Source: Macrostomum lignano (taxonomy: Eukaryota). From it: DNA of 64,000 bases. Below the pieces are notes generated by a model that was given only the letters and a program-made list of their open reading frames with translations, had not been told where the DNA came from and made no database searches. The stretch lies in assembly GCA_002269645.1 (NCBI GenBank), contig NIVC01000356.1, positions 592,124 through 656,123 of the forward strand, in the 5' to 3' direction. The position numbers and the translations under genes are program-made. Shown here piece by piece: positions 35,895-47,867 of the stretch (positions are counted from its first letter, which is position 1; every line of letters begins with the position of its first letter).

Positions 35895-36258
35895 GCCTTG
35901 GCATCTCAGCAATCCCCCCCGTTAGCCTTGGCATCTCAGCAATTCCCCATGAGCCATGGCATCTCAGTAATTCCCCATGAGCCTTGGCATCTCAGCAATT
36001 CCCCATGAGCCATGGCATCTCAGCAATTCCCCATGAGCCATGGCATCTCAGTAATTCCCCATGAGCCTTGGCATCTCAGCAATTCCCCATGAGCCATGGC
36101 ATCTCAGCAATTCCCCATGAGCCATGGCATCTCAGCAATCCCCACCATGAGCCATGGCATCTCAGCAATTCCCCATGAGCCATGGCATCTCAGCAATCCC
36201 CACCATGAGCCATGGCATCTCAGCAATCCCCACCATGAGCCTTGGCATCTCAACAATC
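35895..36258. repeat. 28-bp tandem repeat (ccccatgagccatggcatctcagcaatt)n
   Basis: Directly visible. Confidence 0.93.
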
Positions 36259-36510
36259 CTGCAGTTTGTACTTCTCGTAGGTGAAGTTAACGCAGTACGC
36301 TTCATTACGTATATTTTAAATATTTCGGCAGTTATTTGAGTCAGAAAAGATGGAGAATATTAGCTAGCTATCGCGGCAGGTAAAATTAACCAGTGCTGTG
36401 AATCCTACAGTACGTAACTATTGCTTTTTGATGTTCAGATGAAAGTTCACTTCTTTTCCGATTTTCTTTCGCTGCGCAATGACAAAATAGAGTAAGAGTA
36501 GATTTTTAAT

Positions 36511-38633
36511 CTACTCAGCAAACAGGTTTCTCAGGTCTCGCATGGCGGCGCAGATGCGGTCTCCAAAGCGTCTGGAGCTCTGAAAAATTGAAAAAGCGAA
36601 GCTCTGCATCACATTGTGTTCGATTTATATTGAGCATACTTTACATTTTTTCGATAGCGTTTGTAATGTAGAGATTGCGGATGTGTAGTGTGACGAGATT
36701 GCGGATGTGTAGTGTGACGAGATTGCGGATGTGCAGTGTGACGAGATTGCGGATGTGTAGTGTGACGAGATTGCGGATGTGTAGTGTGACGAGATTGCGG
36801 ATGTGGTGTGAGGAGATTGCGGATGTGGTGTGGCGAGATTTCGGATGTGGTGTGGTGACATTTCGGATGTGGTGTGAGGAGATTGCGGATGTGGTGTGGC
36901 GAGATTTCGGATGTGGTGTGAGGAGATTGCGGATGTGTAGTGTGACGAGATTGCGGATGTGTAGTATGACGAGATTGCGGATGTGTAGTGCGACGAGATT
37001 GCGGATGTGGTGTGAGGAGATTGCGGATGTGGTGTGGCGAGATTTCGGATGTGGTGTGGTGACATTTCGGATGTGGTGTGAGGAGATTGCGGATGTGGTG
37101 TGGCGAGATTTCGGATGTGGTGTGAGGAGATTGCGGATGTGTAGTGTGACGAGATTGCGGATGTGGTGTGAGGAGATTGCGGATGTGGTGTGAGGAGATC
37201 GCGGATGTGGTGTGAGGAGATCGCGGATGTGTAGTGTGAGGAGATTGCGGATGTGGTGTGAAAAGATTGCGGATGTGGTGTGAGGAGATTGCGGATGTGG
37301 TGTGAGAAGATTGCGGATGTGGTGTGAGGAGATCGCGGATGTGGTGTGACAGGCCGCTGCCCCCTTGATGCGCCTACCGTCTGCTGGCAGCTGACCCGGC
37401 TGCTGATGTGAAAGAAGATGGTGTCCTCTCCACCGATGATGTACGACACTCCGTAGCCGTCATAAGAGACCGGGCCAAAGCCGCCGCCGCAGGACACGAG
37501 CTCCGGATGACGCGTCAGGTCCAGCTTCCCGGTCAGACCATGCGGAGTCTGCGAAGTGGACAGCTTCCACTGGCTCTTCAGTGCCTTATCCAAGAATGGT
37601 GAGTAAATCTGGCAGTACTTGGACACCACGTAAAGAGCGAACAGATGTCGGTCAACGCCCCGGCCAGTCATGGCGTCTCGGTACATCGACTGGTGCCGTT
37701 CGGCCGCCGCTCGCACCAGGCTGCGGAGCTCGGCGTTCTGAGGGCGCAGACGTGATCATGAGGTGGATGAGTTTCAACTACATGTATTATCGCTTTATCG
37801 CTTGAGCGCATTCTAAAGAATGGAGACGGGAAAGAGTAGAGACGGGAGAGAGTATTGACGGGAGAGAGTAGAGGCGGTAGAGAGTAGAGACGGGAGAGAG
37901 TAGAGGCGAGAGAGTAGAGACGGGAGAGAGAGTAGAGACGGGAGAGAGAGTAGAGACGGGAGAGAGTAGAGATGGGAGAGAATAGAGATGGGGGTTTAGA
38001 GATTACTTCATACATAAAATCGTAAAATCCTGCTCGCAGTGTGCTCAATGAAGATCCTCTCCGCTTTCTCTCTATACTACTGCCAGTAGAAAAACACGCT
38101 AGAAATGCTACAAAACCAGTTCTCACGGTGGCAATTCCAGCCTCGAAGGCGCGCACAAACTTGCAAGACTCGTTGGTGCAGGAGCGAACGGTCTCGGTGC
38201 GACCCTCGCGGAACAGACGGGTCATCGACGCCTCGTAGGTGAGGCAGAACTGGCCGCCGCTGTCTCTGAAGTAGGCCAGCTGCAGGGCCAACTGGATGAA
38301 CGCGTCCGGGCTCATGGAGCAGGCCTTGATGGCGCCCTTGCCGAATGCGTTATGCACTACCAGGTGCAGTTCGACGTCGTTGATGAGGTTGCGAGCAATC
38401 TGCAGCTGCTGGTCGATGGTTTCGATGCAGGCCTGTCCGAGATCCCACTGCAGACGGACAGGCGCAGGCAGCTCAGCGGCTGGAGATGAGGACGATCGAA
38501 CGACGCAGTGACCATCTGAATTGTAGCAGCTGCCGCTCTGGTCATAGAGGATGGTCACCTCCTCCCAGATCTGGCCGAGGATCGGCGCATCAGCCCTACA
38601 CGGTTTTGCAGATTCAGGTTAAATTTGGTCGTG

Positions 38634-38705
<72 letters not shown>

Positions 38706-41700
38706 TACGACTACTACTACTTGTAGCAATATCGTTTCCGACTTACCAGCTATGCTCGGCGTTCAGACCCAGCTAAAAGAATTAAAAAATGGATTTTCCC
38801 AGTTAAGTACGTGTGAGAACATACAATTATGAGCAAGCTGATTCCCTTTTCTCGAATCGCAGCCGTGTCACTTTTTAGTTCAATAATTTCAGCGAAACCG
38901 AATCCCAAGTTTTATACATCATAACATCTTATACGAGTATACGAGCATACTAAAATGGTTTGTCTGTCCTAATAAAATTCTTCCTAATAAAAAAACACTG
39001 CCAGCTGTCAATGCATCAGGCATCAGGCATCAGACGTCGGACATCAGACATCAGACATCAAGGATCAGACATCAGACATCAGACATCAGGCATCAGACAT
39101 CAAGGATCAGACATCAAGGACCAGACATCAGACATTGGACATCAGACATCAGGAATCAGACATCAAGGATCAGACATCAGACATTGGACATCAGACATCA
39201 GACATCAAAGATCAGACATCAGACATCAGGCATCAGACATCAGGCATCAGACATCAGACATCAGACATCAGACATCAGACATCAAGAATCAGGCATCAGA
39301 CATAAGACATCAAGGATCAGACATCAGACATCAAGGATCAGACATCAGACATCAAGGATCAAGCATCAGATATCAAATACCAGACATCAGGCATAAACCA
39401 GACCAGATCAGGCCTCAGGCATCAGACGTTCGCGTGAAACCCTTGCTGGCAAATGCATGTAAATGTACCGCACTCGTACACTCTTAATTCCATGAACTTT
39501 CAAAACCCGTAGCTGTAACTCCAGAGAGAAAGCAAGAGTGTGCGGCCTGCAGTAACCATCCGTGATGTGCCAATTCTAAAAAGCGCTCACCCGTCCATTG
39601 GCAAAGACGACCATGGTGAAGGACTTGTCAAACCAGCGGTTGCAGCCGTCTCCATGCAACAGCAGCTTGGCGTAGCGATTCAACTTGGCGTCGTCATCCG
39701 GGTCGTAGTCGCCCGCCTCGTCGTCCAGCGCCAGCACGAAGGCCGCCTCCTCCAAGGCTTCCAGGCTGGTTTTGTTGACGCCGCGGCTGAAATGGAGCGA
39801 CCTCGCTCGCGCCCAGGCGCTCCGATTGCCGGCGGTTAGCGCGCCAAGCTGGCGCTCGCCCGGCGCCGGCTCAGACTTGTCGTCGAGGATCTGCTGCAGC
39901 TGAGCCTCCAGCTCGTGCGGCTCCAGCCAACGGTTATTGTGACGAAAGTACAGCGCGTAGTACCTGCCGGCGTGGTGCACGGCGATGTGCCCGGTGTCTT
40001 TCAGGTGTACAAGGTAGTCGCGCTCCTCCCCAGGCACCCGGGTGGTGGCAAACGCGCGTTCGTACTGCCAGCTGCACAGCGGGACCTGAAATTCAGTGTG
40101 ATCGAGTTAAGCTAGCATGAGGTCTTATTTTCTGACAGCTCAGCCGCAGCTACTGCGCTATTGCTGGCACCCATTTTACAGCTGGGTGAACTGAAGCAAT
40201 GCAGAGTTAAGTGCCTTGCTCATGGACACAAATCGTTCCGAGTAGATCGAGGTCGAGATTCGAACCCATGACCTTTCAGTCGTTAGTCCAACGCTCTAAC
40301 CACTAGGCTACAGCCCCCTTATGAGCTCTACTAAGGTACTACGTAACTACTTCTAATAAACGGCGCCAGCTTAGAGACACTGTGACTCCAGCTTAGAGAC
40401 ACTGTGACTCCAGCTTAGAGACACTGTGACTCCAGCTTAGAGACACTGTGACTCCAGCTTAGAGACACTGTGACTCCAGCTTAGAGACATTGTGACTCCA
40501 GCTTAGAGACACTGTGACTCCAGCTTAGAGACACTGTGACTCCAGCTTAGAGACACTGTGACTCCAGCTTAGAGACACTATGACTCCAGCTTAGAGACAC
40601 TGTGACTCCAGCTTAGAGACACTGTGACTCCAGCTTAGAGACACTATGACTCCAGCTTAGAGACACTGTGACTCCAGCTTAGATACAGAAGCTGACTCAC
40701 CGAATCTCCAGCAAACAGCGGTCGCATCTCCTCCCGGCAGATTCGCCGCCAGCACTGCAGCAGGCCCCAGGTGACGTTGGCCGCTCGGGCCGCCTGAACT
40801 CGGGTTGGCTGCACAAACAGACAGTCCATTCCGTAGTAGTTTGAGTTGATCATTATCGGCTCACGACTGTACAGGTAAACGAACTCCTCCCACCAGTCGC
40901 TGACATAGTTGGGCGCCCACCAGGACTTCAGGCGCAGGTAGAATTGAAGCTTACGTCCAACGCCAGACTGGGTAATCGGGTGGTGGGTGTTCGCTAAATG
41001 TCCTGATCAGTTACAATGATGTCATCTAATTAGTGTTTGCTAAAGGTGAAATTTTGCGACAAATGAAATATGAGCGTATGTAATGAGAAATAGACACAAA
41101 TCTGACCTTCAAATATTTCCTAAGTTCACTAAGATCAGTGAACTATGAGACAGTACTTAACCAAGGATTACTTGAAGGTGCATCACACTAAGGTACATAT
41201 TCGCATCAATGAAAAGTACATTGTGTGCCTGAAACTCCTTAGCCAGACGGTGCATCTCAACCAGCTCAGTATCGTCCAGCAGTGGCTCCATGGAGGTGAG
41301 ATAACGCCGCACGCTGTCGCTCAGCGCCGGGACCGGCAACGTCGGCAGCGCTCCCTGGAAGCTGTACAGACCGACGCGGCTGTTTCCGCTGCCGGCGCCA
41401 ACCAGGAGACGCATCGAAGCGGCCCACAGGCGGGTGCGCAGAGACACGGAGCCGCGAGATTCGTATATCCAGCCGTGGTAGGAGAGCAGCAGGCCGATTA
41501 GCCACCTGTGCAGCATGGCGGCAGTCAGCCACACGGTAATGCCGATCACCATGTACGACACGTACGTATCGTGCGGTGGAACCACCTTCAGGTACCTGTG
41601 TGTGCATGTGTGTTGATTTTTCCTAGCGTATGAAGCGAGGCTGCATATCACTACTATACTACTGCTACTACTAGTGAAAACAGAAAAACCGGTGAAACCA

Positions 41701-41759
41701 ACCCCCTGTTTCTTCTGTGAATTTCGTCCCGGCATTCGATACATCTCTATCTGTCTGGC

Positions 41760-41844
<85 letters not shown>

Positions 41845-41847
41845 TAG

Positions 41848-41882
<35 letters not shown>

Positions 41883-44850
41883 GTTTGTCTCTCTGTTATA
41901 GCATAGGTCGTATAGATTCGATGCTTGACATTGAAGTTATCAAAGTCGCACACTTGTATTTGTCATAGCGGTCATAAATAAAAAATATGCTTCATCGCAT
42001 GAAGTGGGAAGGTATTTGCAGATCTTTTGTTTTGAAAAGTTTAGAAACAAGGTATAATAATAGACAGACTAAAGAGAGTATGCTACCGCGCACACAAAGA
42101 AACTGCATGCTGACATTTTTCAAAAGTCGTCAGTCTACGGTCGCCTCAAGCAGGATAAGATCTAAACAAAAACACGCAAATGATGACAACGGTAGCGACC
42201 ACACCGAATAGCATCAGGAATCTCTCGATAGCTCGGGCCGCCACGGCCCAGTCCGAATCGACCGAAGCTTTGCCGCTGTCATCTTTGTCCAGCTTGTCCG
42301 GAGCGGTACCGCCGGTGCCTGACGGATTCACCCGGCTTCGGCACAGCAGGCGGCCCAGGAAGTTTACTAAGACTGCGCGCGTGCAATTCGACATGCGAGC
42401 GGTCGCCGGCCTGAAGTGAAGGCACAGCGTCAGCGAAGTCAGAAGCAGCGACACGGTGGACAGCACCATGGCAGCCGTGATGAACAGGGCGATGGCCGGA
42501 AGTTCCGTCGATTTCGGCAATATGCCATCAAGCAGCAGCAGGAATACGGTGTAGCTGAGCATGATGGTGATGCCCAGTCCCAGCTTCTCACCGGACTCAA
42601 GAGGCACAAAGTACACAAGCAACTGGAGCAGAGCCAGCAGAAGCAGTGGAATGATGACGTTAACGATGTAATATGTTGAGACACGTTTTATCTCTATTGA
42701 CAGTCGGAAAATCTTTGCCAAAAACTCGATTTGGTCTCCAAAGATTTTGTACTTCTCCCTTCGCACTTTAAGAGTGACTCTAGTCAAAGTCCATTCGCTG
42801 TTTTTTCTATAAATTGCAGTCAAATTGTACTGAGATTTTGGTACCACAGGTCGAACGAAGTCGTTATAATCCATGTCATTCAAGAAAAGGTCAAGATCGC
42901 AGATGTGATAGTCGAATGGAAAATCTGCCATAACGAAGTTGCAATGGAATTCAAACTCCCTTCGCCAATAGGATTTCACTTCAGTCACATTGGGACTAAT
43001 TGAAGTCAGTCCGACATAGTTCTGCGGCACTAAGGCTTGCTCGTCGCCATTGCCGTTGTATAGCATAATGTCGGGATACCAGGCCTGCGCAGCGTCCCAA
43101 CGGGTGAAGCCGATGCCACCGAAATCGGCCGGGTTCCAAACTAGTCGCTCCTCCTCTCTGGCTGTCTCGATGTAAAGCGCGACCGTGATGCTTTGCTGCG
43201 CCGTGTCCACCGACACGATATGGCTGAGCAGGACGTTCAGCGATACGTTGAGTATAGTGGCAGTTCTGTTGATTCTCGGGTAGAGAGTAGGACTGAAGCC
43301 GGGAATATTCTTCAGGTGCTGCAGCAAGTTCGCTTCAAAGTCTTTTGTTGCCGAAGCAGTTGCCAAAAGAAACAGCAGCAGGGATGTTGTGAGCGCCAGC
43401 ATTGCTCTTAGTTACCAACTAGTCTCTCTTCAGCTCATGTGACAATGATAGGCTCTACTCAATCATTATATCGCTAACAAAATGTAAATATTTGTGGGAT
43501 CACGGATCATACGTTGACTCAAACAGATGGATTTTCTGCTCTAAAATTCGTTTCTCTCTGTCAACATTCGATCGCATCTAGGCTAATAAGCTGTCATTAG
43601 AGTTAAAAGCAAATATGCACTTGCATTAGTCAATGCTAAGTGAGGGACAAGTTCACTTTTTCAGCCTCTGGCTAATGCGGCTAGTAAAAGTTTCACTGCA
43701 TTGAGAGGCCTTTCCTGCAGGTTCTGACATCAATGACCGTAACTTATTCTGGCTTTTACCCAATATTGCGAGAAACATGATAATAATTATGGTAATGGAC
43801 CCACTAGGTTGTGGACCCCTTGACGCAACGCCTTCGGCAATGCTGCACCCATTCCCGCTGACTCCTGAACATTCACCCTATGTTGGCTCTCATGGGGTGA
43901 ATCCCACGACAACCACTTGCCAATTTTCGTGCCCGAAAGCCCCAAATGAATGTGGCCGGCTACGTAATTGACGAACAAGAGGTCGTGACCTTCGGAGAGA
44001 GTCAAGACGCCTTTACCGCTGAGCTGCTCCGCCTCTTGCAAGGAACGTACATGATGTATGTCACGATTATCACTCCGCGCTAAGCCTCAGGTAGACAATC
44101 CATGAGCAACATACTGAATGGCCCAATATTTAACTACCGGTACAATGAAGTACCTTTCAATAGGTACACGTTAGCAGCCATTTTCTAGCAGCATTTTTAA
44201 AAGCAAACTTAATGTCTACTCATGCAACATCGAAAAGTCGCCATCACAGAAGATTCCGTCTGTGGTCGCCACTTTTGAGAGGGCAGGTAAAGTCGAATTG
44301 ACAGACGAATTAAGGAATGAAATGGGGGAGCAATGTGCGAGGGTTGGACGGATTAAGGCTACCCCGATCAGTTTTCTCGTATCTTCTATTTCAGAATGGT
44401 CCAAGAGAAATCGCTCACTGGCGCATAGAGTGGCAACTTTTCAATGTTGCTGAGTGTAGCTGTAAGTTTTAGGAAGTGAGGGGGTGGGCGCTAAGATTCG
44501 TGCATTAAACACTCTGCTGAAGAAACCGTCTGCATCTGGAACAGCTCACACAAACAAGTTGCTGGGACTCACCGTTGCACCGCTCTGTTGAGAGGTGCCG
44601 CAAAGCCAAACGACAGATCGCTGCCCAGCATGGCCGCGGAGATCATGAGCAGCATGACGAGCCACAGGCTGCTCGGCTTGGCCGGATAGACGCCATCGCG
44701 TAGACGGTTGCGCAGACGAGCGCAGCGCTTTTTGTAAGCGCGCAGGCCGGACTGCCAGACCTGACGAAGGGCGGCTCGGTCGAATTCGATGCGCACACCG
44801 CGGTTGGTGACGTTGAGAGTGAAGACGACAGCTTGGTGAGCTTCCGCCAT
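36511..44850 (-). CDS. CPT1: Carnitine O-palmitoyltransferase 1, 8 coding exons: 44850-44573, 41595-41229 (or 41220), 40967-40701, 40085-39591, 38772-38747, 38595-38127, 37737-37378, 36579-36511
   Basis: MAEAHQAV N-terminus; [36 protein letters not shown] (catalytic His), [52 protein letters not shown]. Splice phases are mutually consistent. Confidence 0.95.
36670..37348. repeat. Intronic 24-bp repeat (gagattgcggatgtgtagtgtgac)n, CPT1 intron 7
   Basis: Directly visible. Confidence 0.95.
37835..37990. repeat. Purine-rich simple repeat, CPT1 intron 6
   Basis: (gagagtagagacgg)n variants. Confidence 0.85.
38635..38720. repeat. (TAC)n microsatellite, CPT1 intron 5
   Basis: Directly visible. Confidence 0.95.
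39010..39425. repeat. (cagacat)-derived simple repeat, CPT1 intron 4
   Basis: Directly visible. Confidence 0.92.
40134..40318 (-). mobile_element. tRNA-derived SINE copy with CORE-like segment
   Basis: ggggctgTAGCCTAGTGGttagagcg...GGTTCGAATC...gcaaggcacttaactctgcattgcttcagttcacccagctgtaaaatggg; homologous to 11536-11765. Confidence 0.85.
40366..40685. repeat. 22-bp tandem repeat (ccagcttagagacactgtgact)n, CPT1 intron 3
   Basis: Directly visible. Confidence 0.95.
41755..41885. repeat. (TCTG)n microsatellite
   Basis: Directly visible. Confidence 0.95.
42146..43402 (-). CDS. Intronless Cys-loop ligand-gated ion channel subunit (nAChR/5-HT3-like, non-alpha), nested in CPT1 intron 1
   Basis: Signal peptide; WYPDIMLYN; Cys-loop C-x13-C ([15 protein letters not shown]); YYIVNVIIP (M1); [13 protein letters not shown] (M2); AARAIER (M4). 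Confidence 0.92.
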   Translation of the reverse strand: MLALTTSLLLFLLATASATKDFEANLLQHLKNIPGFSPTLYPRINRTATILNVSLNVLLSHIVSVDTAQQSITVALYIETAREEERLVWNPADFGGIGFTRWDAAQAWYPDIMLYNGNGDEQALVPQNYVGLTSISPNVTEVKSYWRREFEFHCNFVMADFPFDYHICDLDLFLNDMDYNDFVRPVVPKSQYNLTAIYRKNSEWTLTRVTLKVRREKYKIFGDQIEFLAKIFRLSIEIKRVSTYYIVNVIIPLLLLALLQLLVYFVPLESGEKLGLGITIMLSYTVFLLLLDGILPKSTELPAIALFITAAMVLSTVSLLLTSLTLCLHFRPATARMSNCTRAVLVNFLGRLLCRSRVNPSGTGGTAPDKLDKDDSGKASVDSDWAVAARAIERFLMLFGVVATVVIICVFLFRSYPA

Positions 44851-45804
44851 ATTCTGGGGGGGGGGTGTAACAGCTAATTCGAGGGTGTGTGCTGAGTGCG
44901 TTCGTGCTCAGAGTGTCCCAGTTCGTGCCAGGGTGCCAGGCGGGGCTCTCTGGCCTCTTCTACCGGCGGTTAATTTATCGTAAAACTAAGATCGAACAAG
45001 AGCACTCGAGACTATAATTAGCGATTGCAGTATTCGAGCGATACGGCTAGATCTCTTTCTTATCTGCTTGATATTGACGCTTGGTACAAGGCTGTGCCAC
45101 TGACATTAAAGGTCGAATCACCCGCACTCAATTGTTGGAGGTCGCATGGAACCGCTTTGCTGGGATGCCAGAGTCCAAAGGCCGCAGGGCAGCGAACTGT
45201 GAAGTTTCTCTTTGGTGACCGCTACGGGAAAATACATTCAGACCTACAGTCAATTCATTCCCTATCCCTCATTTTCAAGAAAAATTAACGTTTTTTTAGA
45301 AAAAAATTGCCATGAAAGCCAGCTCTTTCTAGCCTATGCTAACAGCGTCCCGCATGAGCCTCGACATCTTAATTCCATATTGACAGTGACATGTCAGCAA
45401 CTCCACCTAAGCACCAGTGACATGTCGCAGTCCTACTTTTAGGGCGTACACTGCACTCACCGCCATTTTACTGAAATAAAATTAAGCCATTAGAAGGCTG
45501 TTAAATTCCTACTGTCCATCTTAGTGAGCCCATGCAGCATCGCAGTTCGCGCATGCAACGTACTCTTACGTGTTGTGCGAATTAGAAGCGATACATTAGC
45601 CGCAAGTCTACGCCTTGTTGTACCATGTACTCGTATCTTTACGTAAAAGAGAACCTTTACATCGTACAGGTATATATAATGTTCACTACATCAATTTTGT
45701 ATTGGGGCGATACTAACGTACCTTTAGCCTAAGAGAAATTCGCAAGCACGTATGTAGGTTCATGGCTTGTATCGCATGTACATGTATACTGGACAAGGAT
45801 GGTG

Positions 45805-47045
45805 CGACGCCAGGGGGCCTTCAGAGTTCGGCAGTTCATCGTGCCGAGTCTGAGGCGGCCACCTGGTACAGCTGGGGCCAGATGGAGGTTGGCCTCGTGG
45901 TCCCCGGCGCCACCCGGCCGATCCATAGTTGAAATAGCAGGGACTGGGGGGCGACAGGCGCCTGGCCGCGCCACGGAGTCGCCCTCGCCGGTTGCGCTCG
46001 CGCCGCCGCTCAGTGCGACGCTGCGCGCTGCGCCGACCTCTGCGAGTCCCTGCTGTGCTGAACTTTGCTGCCGCAGCCGAAGCGCGGCCGTCCGAGCCAA
46101 CCGAGGTCATCCGCGGCCTGGTGATCTGGCCGCGATGCCAGGAAATGTCAGCACTATTTGCACGGGTGTGCAAATATAATGGCTCTGCAAAAATAATGGC
46201 TCTGCAAATATAATGGTTACCACCTTCAGCTGGACCTCGTCTCGCCGCAGGAGGTTTCTATCGTGGCTGAGCCGGGGCTCCACTCTGAGGACCTCGGAGC
46301 CGGCTGGAGCCTCCTGTACACGTCGGCAGATAACCGCGGCCTGGGCGGTGTCGGCGTACTGATCGGACCGCGCCTCCAGCAGAGCGTGCACTGGATCTCG
46401 CTGTCCCCGCGACTGATGCGGGTCGACCTGCGACTGCGCGCCGGCTGCATCCGGCTGTTCTGCACGTATGCACCCACCGCTGCTCATCCCGAGGAGGCTC
46501 GTGCCTTCTTCGACTTCCTGGCTGGGCAGCTGGAAGAGGTGCCAAACCGCGACATGCTGGCAGGGCTCGGAGACCTGAACGCAGTCCCGCGGAGGTCCGA
46601 GCGCTCGCCCTTTGTCGCGGGACGCGAGAACGCCAACACCGATGCACTGGAAGACCTGCTTGACCGGCTGGACCTGGTGTCCGCGAACACCCAGTTCCGG
46701 AAGCCCCTGCCCACCTGGTCACCTTTGCGGGCTGCAAGAGAAGGCGGCCGGAACGCACGCAGGCGGAACGTCAAGAGGAGACTGGTGCAACTCGATCATG
46801 CGCTCGCGAGCGCCGCCGCGTCACCAACTGCGACACCACGGCTCCGCTGGCTCTCTGGTCAGACCATCGACTTCTGCTCTGCGACTTACGGCTCTATCGA
46901 CCGCCAAAGCAGCGGCAACGGCGCTACTATTGCGCTCTGTCGGACACCCGCGTCAAGCGTCATGCAATTCACGGGCGTCTAATTCGTCGGGGCGCTTGGA
47001 GACCAGCGCGAGGCGGAGTATTCCGACATTCAAGTATTCAGCCAA
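45805..47045. pseudogene. Degenerate non-LTR retrotransposon fragment (AP endonuclease only) with an inverted 5' segment
   Basis: LRLGTMNCRTL (APE N-terminus) on - at about 45815-45865. The continuation LQLD..QE...GGVG...YAPT...GDLNA...LDH...SDH is on + from about 46222. No RT present. Confidence 0.8.
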
Positions 47046-47066
47046 TTTGGGTGGTCACCGCCTCCC

Positions 47067-47115
<49 letters not shown>

Positions 47116-47867
47116 AGGAGTCAGTTTTCGAAATTGTTATTGAATTTTCGAGCTCATTGAAATCATACTTCTTAAACATCGAATTTCATGGCGTAAAGAT
47201 GAAAATGATCAAGCTATAGTTTGTTTGTCTTTTTATCAACTTTCTTCCCTTTCCGTAAATTTCTATGCATAAGGCAAGACCAAATCTATTGCTGAGAATG
47301 GGAATACTCAACTTGGTTGGCTTACTATTGATATCAAGTTTGCTGACTTGTTACAAAACCAATAGTGAGGTATATACATAAACAATTAAGTATAAGTGGG
47401 TCACTCTAATTTGAGGGGACGAGGGGACGAGGGGACGAGGGGACGATTGATTTCTAAGTTTAGATTATGCAATATAACAATCGCAACAATCAACATATAC
47501 CTTAAGTTCGAAAATCGTTTGTACTGCTTCTGCTGTAAAAGAAATAAATTCCAAAGTAAAATTGATTCTGCTTAAACTCCGAGGTAGAGTAAAAAGTTCA
47601 GATCGAATGAGTTGGAAATACACTTGGATAGAAACGTAACATCAACGTATTCGGATAATATGTGCAAAGGCCCAGAGCTAGAGCTCGACAATTTTGTATA
47701 ATAAAGTATTTGCATTAGCGCATTTCTGATTATTTATTCTGGTTATTTTGATTAATCAGCAAGAATGTAAGCTGGAAAGAAAAACGATCTATAAATTAGG
47801 CATCTTTTGTAGACGTCTTCTTCTTCTTCTTCTCCGTTTATCGCCTTGCGGCGTGGAGTGAACAGCG

